Assembly (NCBI GenBank): GCA_038878295.1
Contig: JAVZVY010000012.1
Coordinates: forward strand, 1 to 23,594
DNA: 23,594 bases
From: Candidatus Micrarchaeaceae archaeon
GTDB taxonomy: Archaea > Micrarchaeota > Micrarchaeia > Micrarchaeales > CABMGC01
Direction of reading: 5' to 3'
In this document: in pieces, positions 9,159-17,917 of the stretch
How positions within the stretch are numbered: the stretch's first letter is position 1
How the letters are laid out: each line of letters starts with the position of its first letter
The notes under the pieces: model-generated
What the model saw: only the letters and a program-made list of their open reading frames with translations
The model's database searches: none
What the model was told of the DNA's origin: nothing
Program-made: the position numbers and the translations under genes

Positions 9159-9647
9159 CTACCACTGCGACTTTATTCTCTCGTTTATCTGCTTAAGTTC
9201 ATCATCGGTAATTGAGATACCACTATCTTTTATATGCAGAAGCAGCGACGCTTTGTTTGGGAATGAATTGCCAGTTACGCGCATGTAGAAGCTGTTGAAG
9301 GTTTTTGTGTCTATCTTACCCATTCTCTTAAGCTCTTTGAGGAGCATGCGCTGCGCCCTCACACGCTTCTTCCAAGGCGTTGTGCCCCTTGCTTTAAGAG
9401 TGCCTTTTTTCCTTCCTGGGCCTCGTCTCTTGCCAGCTTCCCTCTTCTGCTTGAGCACTTTTGAATTCATGCTTATGTTGTGCTTAGGCTTTACAGCTAT
9501 TATGCTTTTGTTCTCTATGAGCTTTCTGACGTCATCTTTTGTTATGGCTTTTTTTATCTCCTGGATTGCATCAGGTTTGAACCTTATAGAGCTCTCCCCT
9601 CTGCCGAGAATCTCGCTTGCTGCCCTCCTTGCAAACTTTATGCTCAT
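9159..9647 (-). CDS. rpl19e: 50S ribosomal protein eL19
   Basis: RRGPGRKKGT..AR and WKKRVRAQR motifs; expected operon position. Confidence 0.95.
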   Translation of the reverse strand: MSIKFARRAASEILGRGESSIRFKPDAIQEIKKAITKDDVRKLIENKSIIAVKPKHNISMNSKVLKQKREAGKRRGPGRKKGTLKARGTTPWKKRVRAQRMLLKELKRMGKIDTKTFNSFYMRVTGNSFPNKASLLLHIKDSGISITDDELKQINERIKSQW

Positions 9648-9651
9648 GAAA

Positions 9652-10002
9652 CTACCCGTTTACTATTTTTATGCCGTTTGCGTCAGCGACCTTCTGCAAC
9701 TCGATCTTTTTTCTCTTCGAAAGCGCGTGCGAGAATCTGCCAACCGCTTCCCTGTTTGCAATCAGCTTTGACAGGTCATTGCTGTCTCTTATGAGTATTT
9801 CCCTGCTTCCATCAGGCCTTGCAAACCTTATCATGTCGCTATTTTTGTACCCTATGTTGGGGCTTGCACCGTAGCCGCTCCTTTTCAGGGCTTTTTTGTT
9901 GTCTCTGCCGCGCTGAGCCCGCCAGGAATCCTTTATTCGCTTCCTGCCCTTAGCGCCGTAGTTTGGCACGTTGAATTTTGGATGCTTTCTTTTTGCTATC
10001 AA
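9652..10002 (-). CDS. rpl32e: 50S ribosomal protein eL32
   Basis: HPKF, SWRAQRGRDNK and PNIGY motifs. TTG start at 10002 lies just after the uL6 stop; the ORF-track start at 10035 overlaps uL6. Confidence 0.92.
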   Translation of the reverse strand: MIAKRKHPKFNVPNYGAKGRKRIKDSWRAQRGRDNKKALKRSGYGASPNIGYKNSDMIRFARPDGSREILIRDSNDLSKLIANREAVGRFSHALSKRKKIELQKVADANGIKIVNG

Positions 10003-10006
10003 ATAA

Positions 10007-10531
10007 TCATCCCTCGATTGATTTATACACGCCATCTTGGAATACTCTGCTATCCTTGTCAGGCATCTTGCATGCCAGTTTTATGTTGGCCGCTGTTTGC
10101 TTTACTGCATAGGGGTCTGGGCCGCTGACTATGAGCTCCTGACCATTAACCTCGACTTTTGTAGAGCCTATTATCCTTGTTACCCTCGGCACCCTTTCGC
10201 CGAAGATGTTCTTTATATAGAGCTTGTCGCCCTTTGCCTCGAACGTTATAGGGAAATGCGCAAAGACAACTTGAAGCCTTTCCTCAACGCCGTTTTGGAC
10301 GCCGTCTATCATGCTCTTTATCTCTTTTGCAAAGGCGCTTTCCGCGTTTGAAGCCTTCTTGGCTATGCTCTTTGCTTCTGACTTGTTTATTTCTATGCTT
10401 CCCTGGTTTACTTTCACGTTCAGGTATTTGCTGTTGAAGCCGCGTTCGGCGCTGCCCTTCTTGCCCTTGAGTGTTATCTTGCTTCCTTCAACAGAAGCTT
10501 CGACACCCTGGGGTAAATCTATTTTAACCAT
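10007..10531 (-). CDS. rpl6: 50S ribosomal protein uL6
   Basis: AHFPI, NIFGE, QTAANI and DSRVFQDGVY motifs. Confidence 0.96.
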   Translation of the reverse strand: MVKIDLPQGVEASVEGSKITLKGKKGSAERGFNSKYLNVKVNQGSIEINKSEAKSIAKKASNAESAFAKEIKSMIDGVQNGVEERLQVVFAHFPITFEAKGDKLYIKNIFGERVPRVTRIIGSTKVEVNGQELIVSGPDPYAVKQTAANIKLACKMPDKDSRVFQDGVYKSIEG

Positions 10532-10539
10532 TCAATTAC

Positions 10540-10920
10540 CTAATACACGTATGCCAGAAGCCTTCCGCCAAGGTGCTTGGCCTTAGCCTCGGCATTTGTC
10601 ATTATGCCTTCCGGCGTTGAAACTATAAGCATCCCGAAGTTCTTGCTCGGTATGAACCTGAGCTCGTATTTCTGGTAGTCGTTTATGCGCACGGCAAAGC
10701 GCGGCTTTATTGCACCTATATCATTTATCTTCTTCGCAAGCTTAACGTTGAGCATCGGGAACTTGCCGGTTTTTACCTCTTCGTAGCTCTTGATGTAGCC
10801 GTTAGCCTTCAGGACGTCCAAAACGCTGCGCACTATCTTGACTGAACGCAGCGTGCACTCGTCTATGCCGACAAGCTCGTGCGTCTTTATAATATTCAAC
10901 GAATCCGCAAGCGTATCCAT
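10540..10920 (-). CDS. rps8: 30S ribosomal protein uS8
   Basis: MDTLAD, INDIGAIKPRF, VSTPEGIMT and GGRLLAYVY motifs. Confidence 0.97.
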   Translation of the reverse strand: MDTLADSLNIIKTHELVGIDECTLRSVKIVRSVLDVLKANGYIKSYEEVKTGKFPMLNVKLAKKINDIGAIKPRFAVRINDYQKYELRFIPSKNFGMLIVSTPEGIMTNAEAKAKHLGGRLLAYVY

Positions 10921-10924
10921 CGTA

Positions 10925-11080
10925 TCACGAGAGTTTTTTGAAGCCTATGCTTTTGGCTACCTCTCTGAAGCACCTTCTGCATATGTACAGGTCATAGGAT
11001 CTTATAAGTCCGCGGCTGGTGCCACAGATTCTGCACTTCCTCATGCCCCTTCCTTTTCTTCGTAGCTCGTTTCTTACCAG
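10925..11080 (-). CDS. rps14: 30S ribosomal protein uS14 (zinc-binding), not in the ORF track; probable CTG start
   Basis: Manual translation: (M)[50 protein letters not shown]. Two CxxC motifs, located between uL5 and uS8. Alternative ATG at 11044 gives only 39 aa. Confidence 0.95.
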   Translation of the reverse strand: MVRNELRRKGRGMRKCRICGTSRGLIRSYDLYICRRCFREVAKSIGFKKLS

Positions 11081-11088
11081 ACAAACAC

Positions 11089-11610
11089 CTATTCTTCTTC
11101 TATTATCTTAACGTTGAAGTTCTTTCGCAGGTAATCCGCTATTTCTTCCTTTTTGACTGTTGCGTGCTTCGCGGCTATCTTTGCCCTGCCGCGCCTCCGC
11201 AACTCTACCCTTTTGCCTTTCCTCGAAAAGCTAACATTCACGTTAAGACCCATCATTCCTATCTTTGGGTCATATTTTATTCCTGCAAAATCTATATATT
11301 CTTTTACGCCGAAGCTCAGCGAGTTGTCTATTATGGAGCTGCTTTTTATTGTGTTGTTTTCGGCATCGAGAGCCTTGGCGAGCATCTCCTTCGCCTCGTC
11401 CTTTCTAAGAGTCACCATAGCCCCTATTATCTGGCCCTTCTTCAGCTTCAATGATGGGCGCCTTTTCTTAGAGAACGTCGCAACGGCGTTATGGCCGGTG
11501 AGCCTGTTGAGCAGGGTTTTGGCTGCATTGATCTGGTCTTCGTTCTGGCCTATGCCTATATTCAAGACAAGTTTTTCTATGTATGGGGCTGTCATTTCTT
11601 CAGCTGGCAT
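11089..11610 (-). CDS. rpl5: 50S ribosomal protein uL5
   Basis: [29 protein letters not shown] and YDPKIGMMG motifs. ATG 11610 lies 6 nt after GGTG. Confidence 0.96.
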   Translation of the reverse strand: MPAEEMTAPYIEKLVLNIGIGQNEDQINAAKTLLNRLTGHNAVATFSKKRRPSLKLKKGQIIGAMVTLRKDEAKEMLAKALDAENNTIKSSSIIDNSLSFGVKEYIDFAGIKYDPKIGMMGLNVNVSFSRKGKRVELRRRGRAKIAAKHATVKKEEIADYLRKNFNVKIIEEE

Positions 11611-11611
11611 A

Positions 11612-12298
11612 TCAAGCACCTATCACCATTATATTGTCTATCGAGGTCTCGAAATTGCCGCTCTGACTTTCAACCTCTACCATAGCGGCCCTCTTTGAAG
11701 TTCCGGGCTTTATGTTCGCTATTCTGCCCGTTTCAGGCGCGTTGACGCCCTTTATGGCTCTGCAAAGAGCGCCCTTCTCAAATTTTATAACGCTTTTTAT
11801 CGAGCCGTGCTCCAATACGACAGAATCATTCACTTTTATTTCGGGCTTTCCGGCTATGACGTTGCCGTTATGCAGCCTGAGCATTATTGCGCCATTCTTC
11901 GCAGTGTACTTGCCGAGAACTTTTAAGGTTTGCAACGCCGCGTCGCTCTCGTTTATTTCCGAAAGCAGAAAAGTTCCACCTCTGCCAACAGAAACACGGT
12001 AGTGTTTGTTTTCAGGTTTCACGTGCAGAACGTCCTCGAGGCCGATTGGGTAGCCTGTGCTCTTTATCGCTCTGCCGTTAACTTCTATTAAACCGTTCTT
12101 GATTATGCGCTTCGCTTCCCTTGCGTTGTTCGCAAGACCGAGTTTTTCCGTCACAACGGTTATGAGAGCTATGCTGGATTCCAAAGTGTGGCGGCCTGGA
12201 TCGGGCTTTTTTAAGTATTTGTAAGCCTTCCTCTTTACTTTTGTGTATCTGCTCGCAGCGAGCCTCTTAAGGTGTCTGCTATTTCCCTTGTTTGCCAT
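11612..12298 (-). CDS. rps4e: 30S ribosomal protein eS4
   Basis: HLKRLAA, PGRH and YPIGLEDV motifs; expected operon position. Confidence 0.95.
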   Translation of the reverse strand: MANKGNSRHLKRLAASRYTKVKRKAYKYLKKPDPGRHTLESSIALITVVTEKLGLANNAREAKRIIKNGLIEVNGRAIKSTGYPIGLEDVLHVKPENKHYRVSVGRGGTFLLSEINESDAALQTLKVLGKYTAKNGAIMLRLHNGNVIAGKPEIKVNDSVVLEHGSIKSVIKFEKGALCRAIKGVNAPETGRIANIKPGTSKRAAMVEVESQSGNFETSIDNIMVIGA

Positions 12299-12302
12299 CT
12301 TA

Positions 12303-12668
12303 TCATGCCTTTCCTGTGAGCTTGACCCTCCTGTATTTGTCGGTTAGGTCAACATTTGTAATATAAACATTAGAAGGCCTTATCGGCACCAATATTTCCT
12401 TGCCCTTTGCAACCTTTCTTGATATGCCCTCTATGAACACAAAGTTCCTCTTTATGTCGACATTTGCGACTTTGCCGCTCTTTCCCTTATTGGCGCCCCT
12501 GACGACTTTGGCGGTATCGCCACGCCTGATCTCTATGCTCTTCTTTTTTATGCCGAGTTTCTCCCTGACGTCCTTCGGCACATGAGCGTGAGCAAACTTC
12601 TGCCTTACATGCATTGGCGCATTATACCTGAACTGCCGCTGCTTCCTCGGTTTGCCGCTGATTAACAT
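12303..12668 (-). CDS. rpl24: 50S ribosomal protein uL24
   Basis: PRKQR..YNAPMH motif, KOW motif RRGDTAKVVRG and PSNV; TAATG overlap with uL14. Confidence 0.96.
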   Translation of the reverse strand: MLISGKPRKQRQFRYNAPMHVRQKFAHAHVPKDVREKLGIKKKSIEIRRGDTAKVVRGANKGKSGKVANVDIKRNFVFIEGISRKVAKGKEILVPIRPSNVYITNVDLTDKYRRVKLTGKA

Positions 12669-13066
12669 TATACCACCTTGGCTGCTATGCCAGCAACCTT
12701 CACGAACCTCTCTACGACTTCTCGAGCCATAGCGCCCTTGACTTCAGTGCCTATTGGCAAGTTGTCCTCGCCGACCATTATGCCGGCATTGTCCTCAAAC
12801 ATGACTCTCGTGCCATCCGCCCTTCTTATCTCGTCGCGCTGCCTTATTATGAGCACTCTTACGGGCTTCTTTAGATATGTTGGCGAGCCGCTCCTTACGC
12901 TGGCATTTACGAGATCGCCGACGCCTGCACCCGCGTTTCTCCCGTGTCTGCCTCCCTTGCCAATTATGTGCACTATTCTGAATGTGAATGCGCCGCTGTT
13001 ATCTGCACAATGAATGATTGCGCCAGGCATTAAGGTTTTCGATATTCTAGACGAAAGCCCTTTCAT
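12668..13066 (-). CDS. rpl14: 50S ribosomal protein uL14
   Basis: CADNSGA, GVGD and IIRQR..IRR.DG.RVMFEDNA motifs. Confidence 0.96.
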   Translation of the reverse strand: MKGLSSRISKTLMPGAIIHCADNSGAFTFRIVHIIGKGGRHGRNAGAGVGDLVNASVRSGSPTYLKKPVRVLIIRQRDEIRRADGTRVMFEDNAGIMVGEDNLPIGTEVKGAMAREVVERFVKVAGIAAKVV

Positions 13067-13073
13067 AAAATCA

Positions 13074-13367
13074 TCACTCAGCCTTCTTTACTATTCCTAC
13101 AACTACAAACGATTTCGTTTTGCTTATTTTTCTTGTTTCGGCTATCCGCACAATGTCGCCGACCTTGGCGCCTATGCAGTCCGGATTGTGCGCTGCTATT
13201 CTCGAATGCGTTCTGAGATAACGCTCGTATTTGTGAAGGCGCCTTATGTGCTCCCTTTCGACAATAACTGTCTTCTTAGCCTTTCCGCTGACAACTCTGC
13301 CTATGAGCTCGGCTCCCCTTGTGCTTATGTGACCGTGTATCGCGCAATGCGGATCGTTGCATTCCAG
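13074..13367 (-). CDS. rps17: 30S ribosomal protein uS17; probable CTG start
   Basis: ECNDPHCAIHG, KYERY, AHNPDC and ETRKISKTKSF motifs. CTG at 13367 lies 6 nt after GGTG; the TTG and GTG alternatives (13379, 13376) overlap the SD. Confidence 0.95.
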   Translation of the reverse strand: MECNDPHCAIHGHISTRGAELIGRVVSGKAKKTVIVEREHIRRLHKYERYLRTHSRIAAHNPDCIGAKVGDIVRIAETRKISKTKSFVVVGIVKKAE

Positions 13368-13380
13368 CCAAATCACCAAG

Positions 13381-13671
13381 TCATGCTTCTCTTTTTTTGT
13401 AAAACTTGAAGGCCCTTTCAGTCCTTTCTTCAGGCCTGAAATTTATCTCAGAGCCTTCGACAATGAAAGATTTATTGTCAGCATAAAACTTAAATACCGA
13501 TGTTTTTTTAATCACTCTCTTTATGCCTGCTGGAGTCTCAAGTAGCAAGGTGTTTTTGGTCTCGTCGATGACTAAGCCTTGTAGGCCCTTTTGTTTCTTG
13601 TCGAGAGAATCTACTACCTTGGCCCTGAGCCCTATGAGCTCATTAAGCACTATGTTCTTGTTGTTGTACAT
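13381..13671 (-). CDS. rnp1: Ribonuclease P protein component 1 (Rpp29/Pop4)
   Basis: ELIGLRAKVV, GLVIDETKNTL and RPEER motifs; canonical position before uS17. Confidence 0.93.
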   Translation of the reverse strand: MYNNKNIVLNELIGLRAKVVDSLDKKQKGLQGLVIDETKNTLLLETPAGIKRVIKKTSVFKFYADNKSFIVEGSEINFRPEERTERAFKFYKKREA

Positions 13672-13687
13672 ATATTGCTACAATTCA

Positions 13688-13702
13688 TTTATATTTATTA
13701 CG
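13688..13702 (-). promoter_or_regulatory. Putative TATA region of the rnp1-rps5 operon
   Basis: Minus strand TAATAAATATAAAT lies about 17-30 nt upstream of the rnp1 ATG. Confidence 0.5.
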
Positions 13703-13866
13703 CTTTGCGGTGCTTCGCGTCATTTGATCGCATTAGAATAGCATGTGCTGTCAATGCCTTTTGTATGCAATCAGAGAACTGTTAGAGTAGATTAAGAATA
13801 TGCATTTTTCTCTTCGTAAAAGCGTGCTAATGTCGACCCAACTTTATGAAGGCTGTTTGCGCGTTT

Positions 13867-15057
13867 TCAGCTTGCATTTGAGTTTTTGTTGTATTTTTTG
13901 GCCAGCTTTGCAGGATTTGTGCGCGCAAAATATACGTCGAAGACCTTGTCGAATGAGCCTTTCAGGCTAAGCCAATATATTTTCTCCATTGCCATTTTCA
14001 TGAGGAGCTTCAGCCTGTTTGGAGGGTATTTCACTACGGGATCTGTATACGAGCCTATTACGAAGCTGCCCTTTCCATAGCCCATGTCGAATGGACAGTT
14101 CGTTCTGCCGTCAAATTTTGCAGGCTTACCTTCAAGTATCCTAGCTACGACTTTAGCCTGCAGGTGTGCCGTAACCCCAGATTTTGCCGTTGGTATCGCG
14201 GCGGCGTCGCCTATCACAAAGGCGTCGTCATAGCCTTGAATCAGCATCGTGTACTTATCGGCCTTTACAAACCTTTCGCTGTCGAGCACTTCCACTGGAT
14301 TATATTCTATCTTGGCACCAACACACGGCGGTATTATTATTGGCAGGTCGTAAGCTATGCTTTCGCCCTCTATTGAGTATATTGTTTTCTTTTCAGGATC
14401 GATGCGGTCGACATCGAAGAACGTGCTGACGGAAACGCCGCGCTCCTTAAGCAGGGGCTCGACAACTTCGTTCATCGGCTCCGAAGGGTAGGCTCTCGGA
14501 TACGGCGTAAAGAATACAATTTTAGTTTTGTCTTTCAGCTTTCTCTTGGCCATAAGCTCTTCTGTAAGAAATACGCCTTCAAGCGGCGATGGAGGGCATT
14601 TGCATGTTGGCGAGGCCTGTCCAAGCGCTATTGTGCCGCCGCTGAATCTTGTTAGGCTCTCCCATACCCTCTGCGCCTTCTCTATGCTTGTATGGTAGTC
14701 GCCGAATTCGCTGTTTACCTGGGCCAGACCCTGTATCGATGATGTGTCAGTTACCGAGCCTGTGGCCACGACGAGCTTGTCATAAGAGTATGTGGCGTTG
14801 CTTGTATAGACTCGCCTTGCTTCAAGATCTATCTTCTTTACGCCTTCGTTTATGAATTTGATTCCTTTTTTAAGAAGCTTTGCCGTCTGCTTCGTTATAT
14901 TGGGCTTCGCGCCCTTGAAGGCTATGTATAGGAATGCAGGCTGAAAAACGTTTACGGCGCTGGGATCTATCATCGTAACCTCGAACTTTTTCAAATCTAG
15001 CGAATTTGCGAGTATTATGCCGCCGGCTCCGGCACCGACAATGAGCAGTTTTTCCAT
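13867..15057 (-). CDS. Sulfide:quinone oxidoreductase-like FAD-dependent oxidoreductase
   Basis: FAD motifs GAGAGG, YDKLVVATG and FVIGDA; SQR-type Cys motifs KCPPSPLE and TNCP; amphipathic C-terminus. Adjacent to tusA and dsrE. Confidence 0.82.
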   Translation of the reverse strand: MEKLLIVGAGAGGIILANSLDLKKFEVTMIDPSAVNVFQPAFLYIAFKGAKPNITKQTAKLLKKGIKFINEGVKKIDLEARRVYTSNATYSYDKLVVATGSVTDTSSIQGLAQVNSEFGDYHTSIEKAQRVWESLTRFSGGTIALGQASPTCKCPPSPLEGVFLTEELMAKRKLKDKTKIVFFTPYPRAYPSEPMNEVVEPLLKERGVSVSTFFDVDRIDPEKKTIYSIEGESIAYDLPIIIPPCVGAKIEYNPVEVLDSERFVKADKYTMLIQGYDDAFVIGDAAAIPTAKSGVTAHLQAKVVARILEGKPAKFDGRTNCPFDMGYGKGSFVIGSYTDPVVKYPPNRLKLLMKMAMEKIYWLSLKGSFDKVFDVYFARTNPAKLAKKYNKNSNAS

Positions 15058-15067
15058 TTTTCTCCCG

Positions 15068-15301
15068 TTATCTATTCGATATGTTTATGATTACCACTAT
15101 CTTACCTTGCTCTTCAGAAATGCTTTCCACCTTGTTCTTGGTCTTTTCTGCCCATGCAGCAACATCCGCCTTCACTCCAGGATCAGTTGCCCACAATTCT
15201 ATCGTATCGCCGATCGAGGCATTTCTGTATGCCTTGGAAAGCTCTACTATAGGACCTGGGCAGCTTGAGCCTCTTGCATCAACCAATATCCTGTTGCCCA
15301 T
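15068..15301 (-). CDS. tusA: Sulfur carrier protein TusA family
   Basis: DARGSSCPGP motif and ATDPG..ADV.AW; 77 aa. Confidence 0.92.
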   Translation of the reverse strand: MGNRILVDARGSSCPGPIVELSKAYRNASIGDTIELWATDPGVKADVAAWAEKTKNKVESISEEQGKIVVIINISNR

Positions 15302-15309
15302 CTGAACAC

Positions 15310-15714
15310 CTATATAAATATTACTTGACCGCCTTCAGCCATTTCCAGAAATGACGCGGCTCCAAGAATATCGTCTACGATCGGATCAAAATCGTCCTTC
15401 TTCAGATTGAACATAGAAGCCATGAGCGAGCACACATACACTTTCACGTTACCTGTTTCTTTAGCTTCTCTCAGCATTTCATACCAGCTTTTCGTGTTTG
15501 TTGCTTTCATGCCGTTAGCAACCGCAGGCGCCATGGATGCGAACTCTGTAGGGAAAGGCGGTTCGTGCTTTTCTTTGGTGAAACCCATCAGCGCGAAGCC
15601 CGTAACGAATACCTTGAATTCGTAGCCCATCGCAGCCGCAGCCTCGGCAAGAACCCCAAGAGGTATGAATTTGTCAGCTGTGCCGCTGAACATTATTATT
15701 GAGAATTTCTCCAT
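15310..15714 (-). CDS. DsrE/DsrF/DrsH-like sulfur relay protein
   Basis: FSGTADK, VKVYVCSLM (conserved Cys) and GAASFLEMA motifs; operonic with tusA. Confidence 0.85.
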   Translation of the reverse strand: MEKFSIIMFSGTADKFIPLGVLAEAAAAMGYEFKVFVTGFALMGFTKEKHEPPFPTEFASMAPAVANGMKATNTKSWYEMLREAKETGNVKVYVCSLMASMFNLKKDDFDPIVDDILGAASFLEMAEGGQVIFI

Positions 15715-15934
15715 TTATACCACCGATTAACCCTCGTAAATAAAATCTTTATAACTTCCTTTATGCTGCTAGGTTCAGTTGCCGCGCTATGTTTTGTTAA
15801 CTACATTCCGATACGCACTTTGGTTGACATTGCATCGGCAAGCTGATACCTTTGCGTGTATCGGCGTTTGCGCAAAGGCGTGCGCTCTGCGTGCTAGACA
15901 AAAGAATTTAAGAAGTTAATATTGTAGCGTTATC

Positions 15935-17146
15935 ATGGATGATGAGGAAGTTGAGAGGATTATTGAAGGCTACAAAAGCGAAATCATAGAAAGCATGAAA
16001 GGAATGATAAGCATAAGGGCTGTTTCGCCATATTCCGGCGGCGAAGGCGAGTATGAGAGGGCCTTGTATCTTGAAGGCTTGATAAAGAAAATTGGGCTTG
16101 AGCCAAAGTTATATGCTTATAAGGACACCACAGGGCACATTAGACCAAACATAACTGCAAAATATGGCGATGCGAAGGGCAAGCGCACGCTTTGGGTGAT
16201 AGCACATATTGATACTGTTTCAGAGGGCGATGCCTCGTTGTGGAAATACGCGCCTTTTAAGGCAACCGTTGTGGGCGACCGCGTATATGGCAGAGGCACC
16301 AGTGACAACGGCCAGGACGTGATAGCAGCGATATACGCACTCAAGGCGCTTGCAAAATCCAAAGCCAGAACCAAATATGCCTTTGGGATAGCGCTCGTTG
16401 CTGACGAAGAAGTTGGCAGCGTTTACGGCATACAGAAGCTTCTTAAGGAAAAAATTTTCGAGAAAAACGATCTAATACTAGTGCCAGATTGGGGTGTCGG
16501 CAAGGCCGACAAAATAGAAATCGCAGAAAAAGGCATACTTTGGCTTAAGATAACAGTCTTTGGAAAGCAGGTACATGCAAGCACTCCGCAGCTTGGAATA
16601 AATGCGCAGCGCTACATGATAAGATTCCTTGAAAGGGCCGATTCTGTACTTCACAGAAAATACGCTGGGCGCAACGGCATATTTGACCCAAACGTATCAA
16701 CCTTTGAGATGACAAAACACGAAAAGAACGTTGACAGCATAAACATAATACCCGGCGTTGAAGTTGCGTATCTTGACTGCAGGATATTGCCTGAATACAG
16801 CATAGATAGCGTGATAAAGAGCCTGCAGAGCATTGCTATGGAAAGAGATTTCAAGCCTGTGAAAATAAAAATAGAAGTCGTTAACAGAGAGGATTCTGCC
16901 AAGCCAACAAGCGCTGACGCGCCAGTCGTTTTGCTGCTGATGAATGCATTGGCAAAGCTCGGAGTAAAAAGGGCAACAGTTACAGGCATAGGCGGAGGCA
17001 CATGCGCATCGTTCTTCAGAAAGGCTGGATTCCAGGCTGCTGTCTGGAGCAAGGCCAGCGGTCCTGCCCACGAGCCAAATGAATACGCACTTATAAGCAA
17101 CATTCTGTTCGATGCAAAAACATTCGCGCTTATGGCGCTTGGTTGA
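15935..17146 (+). CDS. M20 family metallopeptidase/amidohydrolase (DapE/ArgE-like)
   Basis: AHIDTV, GRGTSDNG, ADEEVGS, HAS, IGGGT and AHEPNE motifs. Confidence 0.92.
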   Translation: MDDEEVERIIEGYKSEIIESMKGMISIRAVSPYSGGEGEYERALYLEGLIKKIGLEPKLYAYKDTTGHIRPNITAKYGDAKGKRTLWVIAHIDTVSEGDASLWKYAPFKATVVGDRVYGRGTSDNGQDVIAAIYALKALAKSKARTKYAFGIALVADEEVGSVYGIQKLLKEKIFEKNDLILVPDWGVGKADKIEIAEKGILWLKITVFGKQVHASTPQLGINAQRYMIRFLERADSVLHRKYAGRNGIFDPNVSTFEMTKHEKNVDSINIIPGVEVAYLDCRILPEYSIDSVIKSLQSIAMERDFKPVKIKIEVVNREDSAKPTSADAPVVLLLMNALAKLGVKRATVTGIGGGTCASFFRKAGFQAAVWSKASGPAHEPNEYALISNILFDAKTFALMALG

Positions 17147-17163
17147 TTCTGAGAAGGCGCTTT

Positions 17164-17538
17164 CTAATCCCTAAGCTTAGCTTTCAGGTATTGTTCATGA
17201 AGACCATACTCTGCCGCATATCTCTTGAGTGCCTCGCCGATGACATTCTCGAGTTTTTTGCGCGCGCGCATTAGCTTTCTTGCGTATTCGCGTTCATTGT
17301 CTGCTGAAAAGGATTTTGAAATTTTGACAACGTTGCCGTCTTCTATCGAAAGTTTTGGCGGATCAACTTCGCGCCATATGTAAGTAAAAGGCATTACAAC
17401 ATCGTTGAAGATATTTATGAAATTTAGAATTTCCTGCATGCTTGCAAACCTAATGCGTGCAATGACCACTGTTTCGTTTCTGCGCTGTTCCAAGGAGTAT
17501 TGCACTGCATTCTCTTTTTCTGAGATGCCAAAACGCAT
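17164..17538 (-). CDS. Hypothetical protein (124 aa)
   Basis: ORF with GTGAT SD-like motif, 9 nt downstream of the preceding ORF. No family recognised. Confidence 0.7.
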   Translation of the reverse strand: MRFGISEKENAVQYSLEQRRNETVVIARIRFASMQEILNFINIFNDVVMPFTYIWREVDPPKLSIEDGNVVKISKSFSADNEREYARKLMRARKKLENVIGEALKRYAAEYGLHEQYLKAKLRD

Positions 17539-17547
17539 AAGCTATCA

Positions 17548-17805
17548 CTATTCCCTTTTTAGTTTGAAGAAGGTCCTTACCGAATCTAAAAGCAGCCCCG
17601 CGGCAAGCAGGCCAGTCACAACAGCAATAACCTTTGCGTCTGTTATCTGCACCTGCGGCGCCTTGCCCATGCCATGCAATATGCTGAAAACCAAGTATGA
17701 AATCATAGCGTTTGGCATACTGGCCATTGCTTCTATTATAGGCCTGTCAGCATTTTGCGTCTTCTCCTCATGCGTTGATTCCTTGACATTTAGGTTTATG
17801 CCCAT
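17548..17805 (-). CDS. Hypothetical small membrane protein (85 aa)
   Basis: Two hydrophobic segments, a GTGGT SD-like motif and TTTAAATA upstream (~17836-17843). Confidence 0.62.
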   Translation of the reverse strand: MGINLNVKESTHEEKTQNADRPIIEAMASMPNAMISYLVFSILHGMGKAPQVQITDAKVIAVVTGLLAAGLLLDSVRTFFKLKRE

Positions 17806-17917
17806 TCTACCACGCTATGGCATTGCATTTTCTCCTATTTAAACATAACGAAATGTTGCAATATGTGCACGTGTGTTTGCGATTTTGCGCATGCCTTCGG
17901 CTCAGGGCTGTAGCAGC

